The translations under genes and the position numbers were made by a program. Source: a virus (taxonomy: Duplodnaviria; Caudoviricetes). From it: DNA of 63,775 nt. Under the pieces are notes generated by a model. It was given only the letters and a program-made list of their open reading frames with translations. It was not told where the DNA came from and did not search any database. Below are positions 37,536-46,646 of the stretch, one piece after another. The number at the start of each line of letters is the position of its first letter. Positions within the stretch are counted from its first letter, which is position 1. The stretch is from the IMG/VR virus record IMGVR_UViG_3300033168_000002, positions 1 through 63,775 of that record; one strand, given 5' to 3'.

Positions 37536-39447
37536 CGAGCACCTGCCAGTCAATGAGTAGGTCCGACGTGGGGCCGCTTGCCGGCAACGGTGGCAGCGCC
37601 GGTTGTGCCGGGGTCGTGACAGGCGGCGTTAGTGCGCCCCGTCGCCGTAAGCGAAGATTCCAATACCACCTGCCGGCCCACCAGAGCTTGACCGGGCGTA
37701 GGTTGCCGACGATGGCCAGCAGCTGCGGCGCCCACAGCCGGCGTACCTCGTCAGCGGTTAGCAGCGGCCGCCCCTTCTCCGACAGCCCCATGTTGCCCTG
37801 CTTCATCAGGATCTCGCCGCCATCCCTGGTCGCCCCGCCCTGGCGCTGGGCCACGGTGGCATCTCCAAGCTCCTGGGCCACGGCCTCGGCCTGCTCGGCG
37901 CGCAGGCCCGGCAGTACGAGATGCGCGTAGCAGCCCTGCAGGATGATCTTGCGCCCGGCCTCGGTGTAGATCTCATCCAACTGCGTCGTCGATTGCGCCC
38001 CGATCACGGTCCCGATCCCGGCTTCACGCGTCGTGTTCAGGCGCGCTGGCAAGTCGGCAATCTTGCCGATGGTCCCGATCTCGTCCCACCAGTTCATCAC
38101 CCGACGTCGCAGTGTCTTCCTGGCTCCGCCGGCGCTGTTGGCCTCCCGGAGCAGTTCGATGTTCATCTGGTCGAAGAGCGCGCCCACGAAGGGGCGCAGC
38201 ATCCGTTCGTAGCCGGGCGTCAGGGTCACAAAGACCGCGACGGGCGGCAGGGCAGGGTCGGCCAGGTCGCGCCAGACCACGCTGTTGCGGCGCGTGGTCT
38301 CGACGATCCTGCTATCCCACAGGGTCATGAATTTCAGCGGCGGTCCACTAAAGACCGACCCTTCGAGCCGGTCGTTTTTCTCCATGAAGGTGAGCATCCC
38401 CTTCGCCGCTTCCCGCGCCTGGTCGCTATTGGAGCGACGCAACGTGCTCTTGATCGTCTCGGCGGGTTGGCTCAGGAACTTTTGTACGCCCCGCAACGTG
38501 GCCGTGCCGTGTTCCTCCATCAGGTGCCACAGCGTCGCGATCAGCAGTAACGTTGTGGTATCGTCCCAGTACGGCGTGTCGCTGTTGCGGCCGGTATTCT
38601 CAATGAGGCTGGCGGCCCAGGCGAACGCATCGGCCGGCTCCTGGATGTGCGCGGGATCGAGCGGATTATAGCCGTCGCTGGTCGGGTCCAGCCAGTCAAT
38701 GCGCACGACGCGGTAGCCGAGCCGGGCAAGCCAGCCGGCGGTTTGCGCGTAGATGCCCCCCTTGCTGTCGGTGAAGGTCAGGCTGGGTAGCCGCCCTGAC
38801 CGTTTGTGCCGCAGCGAGAGCCGCAAGACGTTCTCGACGATGAGCCTCGTCTTGCCGTAGCCCGGTGGCCCCCACAGGATGGCGTTCCGCGCCTGATCCT
38901 TCTCGCGGATTGACAGACGCGGGCCGATCCCGAGCGGACCGATACGCCCGATGCTGAAGGGCACTTCGCGGCGACGGGCGTACAAGCGCCACCACACATA
39001 CCAGCCCGCCCAACCGGCCGAGCCACTCGACCGGGAGAGGCGCAACCCACCGGCGACGTGGCGCGACAGCCGCAGCAGGGGCCGCCACAGCCGCCACAGC
39101 ACGAGTAGGGCGACGATCAGCAGCAGATAGACCGTCCATTGCCGCACGCGCGCCATATGCCCGCTCCTGGCCTGCAAGCGGCTGTAGCGGGCGGCGATGC
39201 TAGGGCCGCTCCAGTCGTGCCAGCTCACGACGCGGAGCTTACCCGTGGCCATCCGCGTGAGCTTTAGCTGATGGCGTTGGGCGGCGTCGGAGAGATCGGC
39301 GGCGACGGCGGCGGGGTAGGACGCGGCAACGACAGCCGTCTGATAGGCGCGCTGCGTCTGTAGACGTGTGGTGTGGTTTGATAGAGCGACGCGATAGCCG
39401 GCGACGAGGCCGGCGGCAATGACGAGGACGATAATGAGGCGACGCAT
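37528..39447 (-). CDS. virD4: Type IV coupling protein (VirD4/TraG family)
   Basis: Two N-terminal TMs; GPPGYGKT, FTDSKG, YNPL, WDEIG, GAQSTTQL..Y, LLTADEV. Confidence 0.92.
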   Translation of the reverse strand: MRRLIIVLVIAAGLVAGYRVALSNHTTRLQTQRAYQTAVVAASYPAAVAADLSDAAQRHQLKLTRMATGKLRVVSWHDWSGPSIAARYSRLQARSGHMARVRQWTVYLLLIVALLVLWRLWRPLLRLSRHVAGGLRLSRSSGSAGWAGWYVWWRLYARRREVPFSIGRIGPLGIGPRLSIREKDQARNAILWGPPGYGKTRLIVENVLRLSLRHKRSGRLPSLTFTDSKGGIYAQTAGWLARLGYRVVRIDWLDPTSDGYNPLDPAHIQEPADAFAWAASLIENTGRNSDTPYWDDTTTLLLIATLWHLMEEHGTATLRGVQKFLSQPAETIKSTLRRSNSDQAREAAKGMLTFMEKNDRLEGSVFSGPPLKFMTLWDSRIVETTRRNSVVWRDLADPALPPVAVFVTLTPGYERMLRPFVGALFDQMNIELLREANSAGGARKTLRRRVMNWWDEIGTIGKIADLPARLNTTREAGIGTVIGAQSTTQLDEIYTEAGRKIILQGCYAHLVLPGLRAEQAEAVAQELGDATVAQRQGGATRDGGEILMKQGNMGLSEKGRPLLTADEVRRLWAPQLLAIVGNLRPVKLWWAGRWYWNLRLRRRGALTPPVTTPAQPALPPLPASGPTSDLLIDWQVLDG

Positions 39448-39472
39448 AGAGGCTCCTTTCCGCGTGACCGTG

Positions 39473-39619
39473 CTACCGGCGAAAGACGAGATAGAGAAAA
39501 CCGAGGAACGCCAGGACAATGACGACGGGCGGCATGCCCTCACGTATATCCATGTACACGGCCAGGCACACAAAAGAAACGACGGCGGCGATGAGCAGGG
39601 TGAGCAGGATGCGGCGCAT
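39473..39619 (-). CDS. Small two-TM protein
   Basis: GAGGAGG RBS; two hydrophobic helices. Confidence 0.6.
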   Translation of the reverse strand: MRRILLTLLIAAVVSFVCLAVYMDIREGMPPVVIVLAFLGFLYLVFRR

Positions 39620-39629
39620 AGAAGCCTCC

Positions 39630-39848
39630 TCAAACCCGCGTTGTACTGTACACCGTTGCAACGGCTATAATCACGCTCCCAGCGACCGCCGTCAGTCCTA
39701 TCATTCCCCAGATGACCATGATCCACAATTCCTTATGTTCACGATAGCCACTGAGCAATCCACGGACGATGACATACAACATCGCCAATCCAACAATCCC
39801 CACGACCATCATCGCTGTGTATGGCCCCACGTCTATCGTGACCTTCAC
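39630..39848 (-). CDS. Small two-TM protein
   Basis: AGGAGGAG RBS before GTG; two hydrophobic helices. Confidence 0.6.
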   Translation of the reverse strand: MKVTIDVGPYTAMMVVGIVGLAMLYVIVRGLLSGYREHKELWIMVIWGMIGLTAVAGSVIIAVATVYSTTRV

Positions 39849-40083
39849 GTACTCCTCCTGACTGATCTCGTTGCCCGTCGCTATACTCGTTTGGCCGCGC
39901 CTCAATGCATGCGTTGCAGCACGGGCAATGGAAGATGCTTGGACCGTTGATCGTGCGCGCCGTCGAGACCGGATCGCCCTCTTCCAGACGGAAAACCGCG
40001 CCGCAGGTGTGGCACGTCACGTCTACCTCATAGAGCCAGAACTGTTTCCTAACGGGGGGTGTCCCCGGTTTGATGATCTTCAC
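39739..40083 (-). CDS. Zinc-ribbon protein
   Basis: CHTC...CPCC; AAAGGA RBS. Confidence 0.55.
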   Translation of the reverse strand: MKIIKPGTPPVRKQFWLYEVDVTCHTCGAVFRLEEGDPVSTARTINGPSIFHCPCCNACIEARPNEYSDGQRDQSGGVREGHDRRGAIHSDDGRGDCWIGDVVCHRPWIAQWLS

Positions 40084-40095
40084 TACGATGTCCTT

Positions 40096-40602
40096 TCATG
40101 TCGCTATCCGTCGCGCTCGTTCCTCGACCTGGCGCTTCCATCGCTCCAACGCCCGCCCCCGGATCTCCACCGAGCGTCCCCCGCTGTCCCGCTTTAGGGC
40201 CTCGTCTGACCCGGCCAAGAGCACATGCGCGTGCGTGTTCTCGGTGTCCCGATGCACCCCAGCGACCCACACCGGCCGCCGGTCTAGCAGCAGGCCGAGG
40301 TCCTCCATAGACACCGCCACTAATGCGCGTGCCGTTGCCGTGTCGTCTAATCCCCGATCGGCGCGCAGACTGAGGATCACGCGGTGATAGGCCACCGGCC
40401 CGGTCCACGCCGGCACCAGGCCATGAGCGGCGATCAGCGCCCGCGCCTCGGCCGGGGACACCGGCGCCAGCAGCCGACCGAACAGCGGGGCGTCGCCGGC
40501 GCGGCTGATGTAGCGACACTGCTGCATGAGGCGCGAAGGCGCGCGGATATTGTTGGCCTGGTAGCGCGTGTCGATCAGCGTGAGAGGCCGGTCGTAACTC
40601 AT
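40096..40602 (-). CDS. Minimal HUH relaxase (MOBP-like)
   Basis: Motif I RYISR, motif II YHRVILSL, motif III HRDTENTHAHVLL. Confidence 0.85.
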   Translation of the reverse strand: MSYDRPLTLIDTRYQANNIRAPSRLMQQCRYISRAGDAPLFGRLLAPVSPAEARALIAAHGLVPAWTGPVAYHRVILSLRADRGLDDTATARALVAVSMEDLGLLLDRRPVWVAGVHRDTENTHAHVLLAGSDEALKRDSGGRSVEIRGRALERWKRQVEERARRIAT

Positions 40603-41030
40603 TCATCGCCGGTCTTTCCGGGGCGCGGCATTTGGGGGAACCGTCCATCAGCGCGCGCCTGGCGGGCCACGCGCACGGCCGCGTCTTCGTTCGTCATCGC
40701 CATGGGCAGGCCCTTGAGGTGCGCGATGAGCGCGAACAAGAGCATGCGCGCCGTCGAGGCCTCGATGTGCGGCCCCTCGAGTAACTCTTTGAGTTGGCGC
40801 GTCATCGTCGCGGTGTAGTCGCCCAGGACACGCCGGGTCATCTCCTCGAGCGCACCCAGTCCCGCCTCGGCCTGGCGCTCGGCGGCCTGGGTGCCGACGG
40901 CCATCTTGACGAGCCGGTCGACGGCCTCACCCTGATTGACTTCCCACTCCTCGGCATGGTCAACAATGAGTTGATGGACCTCGGGCGAGAGCCACAGGTT
41001 GGCGCGCTTCTTGTCGGCGGTCTGGCTCAT
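40599..41030 (-). CDS. RHH relaxosome accessory protein (MobC-like role)
   Basis: RANLWLSPEVHQLIVDHA...QGEAVDRLV; coupled to relaxase. Confidence 0.65.
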   Translation of the reverse strand: MSQTADKKRANLWLSPEVHQLIVDHAEEWEVNQGEAVDRLVKMAVGTQAAERQAEAGLGALEEMTRRVLGDYTATMTRQLKELLEGPHIEASTARMLLFALIAHLKGLPMAMTNEDAAVRVARQARADGRFPQMPRPGKTGDE

Positions 41031-41069
41031 GGGCGCACCGCCCACCGACGCTGCCAGAGAGGCAGGCTA

Positions 41070-41204
41070 AACCAGGGTGCGGGGATCTGCACCACCACAC
41101 ACGACGCCTGAGATGGGCGTGGTGCACGCCTGGTGCAGGCGTCAGGGGCGTTGCACCGGCGTGGTGCAGGCGCTATCTCAGGGGAAAGCGGGCGTTGCAC
41201 CACG
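41070..41204. promoter_or_regulatory. Candidate oriT: cluster of direct and inverted GGTGCA/TGCACC repeats
   Basis: Six hexamers within about 120 bp plus CCTGAGAT/ATCTCAGG and GACGCCTG/CAGGCGTC inverted pairs, just upstream of RHH-relaxase. Confidence 0.45.
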
Positions 41205-41251
41205 TCACTCACCGCCCTTTAGCCTGTCAGGGGACGCGGCGCCTGTGGAGG

Positions 41252-41479
41252 TTAGGAGACCTTCTGTTGCTGGTACGCTGGGCGTTTGCGCTTGAACGTC
41301 GCCAGGAGCTTGGTCGTGACTCCGCTCTGCATGTTGCTCGCCTGCAACGGCACAACGTTGACTAACTCCCAGCCCTCCTGCCCAGCCTGTCGCAAGTCGT
41401 TCTCGTAACGCGGGATCTCCTTCTTGGAGTCGTTGAGGTTGTACTCGCGCACGAAGTAGTCGAAGAGGTCCATAGCCAT
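41252..41479 (-). CDS. DUF4177-like protein
   Basis: LRQAGQEGWELVNVVP...FKR. Confidence 0.75.
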   Translation of the reverse strand: MAMDLFDYFVREYNLNDSKKEIPRYENDLRQAGQEGWELVNVVPLQASNMQSGVTTKLLATFKRKRPAYQQQKVS

Positions 41480-41753
41480 TCACCCCCAGCACAGTCACCC
41501 CGCCCGCGACGCCCACGGTCGTTGCTACTAGGGTAACACCTAACGACGGGATATGCAGGACCATGAGGGTTACATAGAACCCGACTAGTGTAGCCAGCGC
41601 TTGTGTCGCCAGGCCGAGCGGAAGCGTTCCTTCCAACGACAGACGCCGGCGCACATCAGGCAGACAGCACCACCACGATACGATAGCCCATGCCTGTTCA
41701 CCTAGTGGGATGACTCGCAACAACGTGCGCCACATCAGTAGATCCCTTTCTCG

Positions 41754-42917
41754 TTAAAAAAGCTTACCCTTGATGGTCCTCGCAAGCCCTCCAGCCCCAC
41801 TTGTCGCCACCGCCGTTCCCACACCAACCGCGAAGCCCGCGATCCCCGACCCATGCCCCGCCATATGTGAGCCGAGTAATTCATCGACCGCCCGCGGCAC
41901 GCCGTAGCCGAAAATTAAGAGCGCCACGACGATGAACGGCTTGAGGAGCGTCGCTACCGTCTGATCCGGCGACAATGACAAATCGGTGAGCACGGCCTCC
42001 ACGATCTTGAGCCAGAGCGCCCAGCCCGCGCCCCACAACGCGACGGCGGTGAAGTTCCAGAACCAGCGCCCCACGATGCGTGAGCCCATCGGCCACGTCG
42101 CCACCGCCAGCACCCCCACGCAGGCGAGCCAGGCGAGGATGGCGACGGACATCAGCTTGATCAGCAGCACCAGCAACAGCACCACAATCCCCACGACGGC
42201 GGCGAGTAGGTCCAGCGGGTTGGTCAGGTTGAGCAGCGCGGCGCCCAGCGCCACGAGTTGATCGGCGCCGGCGTGACCCGCGTGGTTCGTCAGCAGGTCG
42301 CTAACGGCCTGGGCCAGGTCCAGGATCTGGCCGATGATCCACACGGTCGCCGGGATCAGGATCGCGGCCTCGATGGCGCGTCCCATCATCGCCGCGCCGA
42401 CGAGCGCGGCCCCGGCGTCGTTGCCCCACACCGTCCCGCGCAGCTGCAGCACGATGCCAAATACCAGGAAGCTGCCGGCCATGCCCAGCGCCGCCGTCTG
42501 GAGGAAGCCGAGGAAGCCGGCGAGCTCCGTCCACTGATCGATGCGCACGACGGCGGTGAAGACGCCGGAGATGGCGTGCACCACGGCGTCGATGCCACCC
42601 GTGATCCAGCCGACCAGGCCACCGACGGCGACGGCGAGGACGTCGAACGCGTGCAGGCAGCCCAGCGGCCCGAGGCAGACGCCCGGCCCACCCGACGATG
42701 AGCCGCCCGTATCGCCGGGCACGGTACCCGTGTAGACACCCGTGGGCAGCGACGTGGGGCTAGGCGCCGTGGTCGCGGTCGGCAACGGGACGGCCGTTTC
42801 CACAATCACGACAGGCGTCTGTGTAGGGGCCGGCGTCGCCGTCGGCGTGTCCGTGGGCTTTGGCGCGGCCGCGAGCACGACCGTTAGGAGCACAAGGGCT
42901 TTGACCAGAGCGATCAT
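41754..42917 (-). CDS. VirB6/TrbL-like polytopic conjugation channel protein
   Basis: Signal peptide + Pro/Thr linker, many TMs, C-terminal VPRAVD; coupled to VirB4. Confidence 0.72.
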   Translation of the reverse strand: MIALVKALVLLTVVLAAAPKPTDTPTATPAPTQTPVVIVETAVPLPTATTAPSPTSLPTGVYTGTVPGDTGGSSSGGPGVCLGPLGCLHAFDVLAVAVGGLVGWITGGIDAVVHAISGVFTAVVRIDQWTELAGFLGFLQTAALGMAGSFLVFGIVLQLRGTVWGNDAGAALVGAAMMGRAIEAAILIPATVWIIGQILDLAQAVSDLLTNHAGHAGADQLVALGAALLNLTNPLDLLAAVVGIVVLLLVLLIKLMSVAILAWLACVGVLAVATWPMGSRIVGRWFWNFTAVALWGAGWALWLKIVEAVLTDLSLSPDQTVATLLKPFIVVALLIFGYGVPRAVDELLGSHMAGHGSGIAGFAVGVGTAVATSGAGGLARTIKGKLF

Positions 42918-45100
42918 ACCGCCGCCTCGTCGCGTTCCGGTGGCGTGCTATCCGACAGGCTCTTCACCGCCGCCCACAGATCCCCCCCTTGCTCCTCGAT
43001 GGCGCGCTGGCGCGTCTTGTACTGCCAGGTCCGCTTGTCGTTCTGGAAGAGCCACTGCTCATCGGCGTCGATCACGATATCCACGGCGCCGCGCACCACG
43101 CTCCCTTCGAGCATGTTGTGCCGCATCACATAGCACTGGCCGCGGCGTAGCGCCTTGACCAGCGCGATCTCCTTGGGCGTCAGGCCCATCGCGCTGCCCA
43201 GGCGGCTGGCGACGCCCTGCGTGTCGACCAGCGCAAAGACAATCTTGATGGCCGACTGGCTGAACATCTGTGTCATCTGCTTGTGCGCGATCAACTCCTC
43301 GGGATCGTGTGTGACCCAGAGCACAAAACCCGCCCAGTGGCGGCCGCGCTTGGCCAGGTCCATCACCCAGAATGACGCGTCGAGGTATTCAAGCTGCCAG
43401 GCTTCCTCGAGCACGAACATGTGCTGCATGTCGCCCACGACCGTCTGCACCCGCCCATCAACGGCCGCGCGGAAGTCAGCGTCGAAGCTGTTGCCGCGCA
43501 AGTCGACCACCACCATCTGCGTCGTGAGCGGCGTGGCGCGCAACGCGTCGGCCGTGGTCACGATCGCCGCTCCGCACAGCGCGCCCAGGCCCGCGTAGTG
43601 CCCCGTGCGGTCCAGGACGGTCACGCGCCCGCCGCGCAAGAGCCACTCCTTGATCATCTTGAGCATGAGGACCGTCTTACCCATGCCGCTCAAGCCGAAG
43701 ATCGACACGAGGCTGTTACGCAGGCTCTCATCGGTCGGATCAAGCCTGACGAGCTCGCCGCGCTCGGTCTCGCCGATCAGCAGACCGGCCCGCGTCGAGG
43801 GGTTGGCCCGGTTGAAGGGGTAGGTGTTGGCAATGGTCTCGGCGTCCAGGCGCCACACGGAGCGCGCCCAATCGCGCCCGGGCTGGGTCGAGGCCGCCAG
43901 CGGCCATTGATGGCCCAGCCCCGTCGCGGGCGTCGCCGCGGCCGGCCCCTTCATCACCAGCATGGCCCGCCGCGCCTTCCGCCGCGCGTCCCCTGGCGTG
44001 TCGCCCACAAACGAGAGATAGAGTCCCGTCTTTAGGAGCCCTTGCCCTGGCTGCCGCAGGCGCATCATGGCGCGCTCGGCTTCCGAGAACTGCGCCGACT
44101 TCTCACCCATCCCATTGCCTAACCCTGATGCCGCCTGCACCAACTGCAAGCCCGTCTGCCGGTTGCGGCCGGCCAATCTAAGCCGCTCGCGGTTGGGGTC
44201 CGTGCCATGCGCCCATAACGTGAGCGCGTAGGGACCGGGCTGGCCGATCAACGCATCCAGCCAGCCCGGATCGGTCTCGGCCGGCGGCAACAGCATGGCG
44301 AACGACGCGGCATAGCGGCCATCCGTGAGCCGGACCGTTGTGGCCGTTTCCCCCTTCGGGTCGGGCGCCAGGGCTCCCTCGACGCTACTAACGCGGCGCG
44401 CGGCCAGGCCCATCGCTGCCAGTTGTTTGCGGGTCTCCGACACGAGATCGTCGAGCAGCGTCACGTCGTCGTCGCGGAAGCCGAGCAGGGGGATGCGGCT
44501 AAAGAGCGAGCGTTCCCAGCCGGTGGGCTCGTAGAGCACGAGGTAGTAGCGCAGATCGGTTTCCCGGAGGCCGCGCGTGGCCAGGCGTGCGATCTTGCGG
44601 TCGGCGAGCTCGCCCATAGCGCGGCCGATCGGGCGCTGCGCGGCGCGCTCCTGGGCGACCAGCGCGCCCGCGTCGTGCGTGCGGTTGGTGACGATGATCT
44701 GCACCGCGCCGGTGGGGCAGGCCGCCGCCACGATGCGCTGCAACCGCTCGATCAGCCGGATATCCTGCTCTTCCTCGGTCAGGGCGTCGCGCGTGTAGCC
44801 GTCCACCTCCAAAATGACGTGCGGCCGCGCCTTTGTCTTGGCTGGTCCCAGCAAGCGGCGCAGCAGGTAGCCGCCCAATTGCGCGGTGTAGGGCTCACGG
44901 CGCACACCCTGCGACAGCCGAAAGAGGCCCCACAGCAGGACACCAGCGATGAGCGCGCCGAGGCCATGCAACAGCGACGGGAAACGGTTATGGATGAGCA
45001 AATAGACGCCGACGACGGCCACGGTTTGGCCGATGGTCAAGCCAAAGAGGTAGCGGTTACTGTCGTCGGCAAACATGAGAGTCTTTGACGCGTGCGCCAC
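42914..45100 (-). CDS. virB4: VirB4-family ATPase with fused N-terminal PrgI/VirB3-like domain
   Basis: LFGLTIGQ + TMs; YPF; IFGLSGMGKT; VLDRTGHY; VLEEAW; KRGRHW; GLTPKE. Confidence 0.88.
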   Translation of the reverse strand: MAHASKTLMFADDSNRYLFGLTIGQTVAVVGVYLLIHNRFPSLLHGLGALIAGVLLWGLFRLSQGVRREPYTAQLGGYLLRRLLGPAKTKARPHVILEVDGYTRDALTEEEQDIRLIERLQRIVAAACPTGAVQIIVTNRTHDAGALVAQERAAQRPIGRAMGELADRKIARLATRGLRETDLRYYLVLYEPTGWERSLFSRIPLLGFRDDDVTLLDDLVSETRKQLAAMGLAARRVSSVEGALAPDPKGETATTVRLTDGRYAASFAMLLPPAETDPGWLDALIGQPGPYALTLWAHGTDPNRERLRLAGRNRQTGLQLVQAASGLGNGMGEKSAQFSEAERAMMRLRQPGQGLLKTGLYLSFVGDTPGDARRKARRAMLVMKGPAAATPATGLGHQWPLAASTQPGRDWARSVWRLDAETIANTYPFNRANPSTRAGLLIGETERGELVRLDPTDESLRNSLVSIFGLSGMGKTVLMLKMIKEWLLRGGRVTVLDRTGHYAGLGALCGAAIVTTADALRATPLTTQMVVVDLRGNSFDADFRAAVDGRVQTVVGDMQHMFVLEEAWQLEYLDASFWVMDLAKRGRHWAGFVLWVTHDPEELIAHKQMTQMFSQSAIKIVFALVDTQGVASRLGSAMGLTPKEIALVKALRRGQCYVMRHNMLEGSVVRGAVDIVIDADEQWLFQNDKRTWQYKTRQRAIEEQGGDLWAAVKSLSDSTPPERDEAAV

Positions 45101-45117
45101 GATATACCGCCTTTCGC

Positions 45118-45369
45118 CTAAAAGAAGGTCCCGGCCGCGCCGATGATCACCGAGGCCACGACAACAGCGGTAATCACTTCTCGAAGATGCTCCCACCCCC
45201 GCCGATGGCCGATGACACCCATCACGACCGCCAGGCCAATACCGATGATGGCAACGTACTGAAGCCAGCCGGGAACCCACCCGGCGTAGGTGGACATCTT
45301 GGCGCAGAACGGGTCGCCGTTGACGCAGCTAGCTTGCGCCAGGCCAATGATGATGGTGGACAGGTACAT
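45118..45369 (-). CDS. VirB2/TrbC-like pilin
   Basis: 83 aa, two hydrophobic helices around a basic loop, first gene before VirB4. Confidence 0.6.
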   Translation of the reverse strand: MYLSTIIIGLAQASCVNGDPFCAKMSTYAGWVPGWLQYVAIIGIGLAVVMGVIGHRRGWEHLREVITAVVVASVIIGAAGTFF

Positions 45370-45508
45370 GATGGTCTTCCTTTCGTTGCAGTGGTGTCAC
45401 GGGCTGATATGGTTATAGTAACACTTTTAGGCGTTTATTAGGCACCTAAAACTAACGGGTATTCTGGGGGTGTTATAGTGTCCCCATAATGACCGTGAAG
45501 GGGGCCAT

Positions 45509-45724
45509 GTGGCGCGACCGCGCAAGAAGGAGGGTGAGTTGTATTCAGAACGCGTGCCCGTGCGGCTACGACCGCGCGACAAGGAACTACTGGAACGCAT
45601 CGCCGACGAGCGCGGTATCCCCGCCTCGATCGTGGCGCGCGAGGTCATCATGGACTATCTAACGCATCGCTCCACTCAGGCGGACATCGCGGGCACGGCA
45701 CACAGCAAAGAGGACATGCGGTAA
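45509..45724 (+). CDS. RHH regulator divergent from the conjugation operon
   Basis: MARPRK...VPVRLRPRDKELLERIA.ERGIP.S..AREVI. Confidence 0.8.
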   Translation: MARPRKKEGELYSERVPVRLRPRDKELLERIADERGIPASIVAREVIMDYLTHRSTQADIAGTAHSKEDMR

Positions 45725-45752
45725 ATGATGATACGGGGGATGGCGGCGACTT

Positions 45753-45983
45753 ATGCCTGATGACGAGGAATACTTCACCCTGACCGAAGCCATGAGGCGC
45801 GCGGGCATGAGGAACAACAAAACCATCGCAGCAGCGGTGCAATCCGGCCGTCTCAAGACGGTGACGACGATGGTCGGGCCGCGCATGGTGCGCCTGACGA
45901 CGCAGGTATGGCTCGACGCGTACCTCGCTAGCCGAGCCACAGGACAACGCCCAACTCCCACGGCCGACGACACCCCCGCCTAA
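45753..45983 (+). CDS. Excisionase-like winged HTH protein
   Basis: YFTLTEA...TIAAAVQSGRL...WLDAYL. Confidence 0.65.
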   Translation: MPDDEEYFTLTEAMRRAGMRNNKTIAAAVQSGRLKTVTTMVGPRMVRLTTQVWLDAYLASRATGQRPTPTADDTPA

Positions 45984-46013
45984 TCCGCACTACCCCGCAC
46001 ACCACCCATACAA

Positions 46014-46052
46014 AGAGAGGGCCGGCGCCGCTATTGGCGCCAGGCCCTCTCT
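46014..46052. terminator. Hairpin between convergent genes
   Basis: AGAGAGGGCC-GGCGCC / GGCGCC-A-GGCCCTCTCT. Confidence 0.7.
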
Positions 46053-46152
46053 ATCTCCTGGTGTATGCTAGACGTGAGCCGGGCGGCAGGCCAGCCTGCA
46101 TGGCGGGCTACCAGACAGGCTGTGAGCTTCTAGCCGCCCGCGCCCTTACCGG

Positions 46153-46389
46153 TCAGTCTTCCTCTCGCTCCTTCAGCCTGATCCAATACCTGTGATAGAG
46201 ATAGCGCACCCGCTGCGCCGAGACCCCCACCAGCCGCGCGATCGCGGCGAACGTCTGCCCCTCGTCGTCGTGCCGGCGCACAATCTCCAGATCGCGCGCG
46301 CTCGGTTGCCACAACGCGCGCAGGGCCGCGGCCTTCGCGTGCTCACTCGGGCGGCTGGGCAGTTGTTCCAGGATCTCAGCGCGACTCAT
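46153..46389 (-). CDS. Sigma-region-4-like HTH protein
   Basis: RDLEIVRR..EGQTFAAIARLVGVSAQRVRY. Confidence 0.65.
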   Translation of the reverse strand: MSRAEILEQLPSRPSEHAKAAALRALWQPSARDLEIVRRHDDEGQTFAAIARLVGVSAQRVRYLYHRYWIRLKEREED

Positions 46390-46646
46390 CGTGACCGTCG
46401 TTTCTCATGCCTCATGTCGTCGTGGTCCATCTTCTGTCCATAGCATAACCTCAGTCAGCATCCGCCGCTCATCCCGCCGGGCGCACGGAAAGCGGCCATG
46501 CGTCGTCACATCGTGCACGTCGACGGCAAGACCCCCGCGTCGCACAGGGACCGGCAGCGGCATGAGCTTCGACGGTGGGGGCTGTGGCGTCACGCTGGCC
46601 GCTGGCGGCACAGGGGGGCGTTTGAGCCGGAGAAAGCGCCAGGCCA

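Noticed and set aside
36357-46052. Autonomous ICE/IME nested in the prophage
   Set aside because: No recombinase or flanking direct repeats found by eye, and the left edge is translationally coupled; a decayed co-integrate cannot be excluded.
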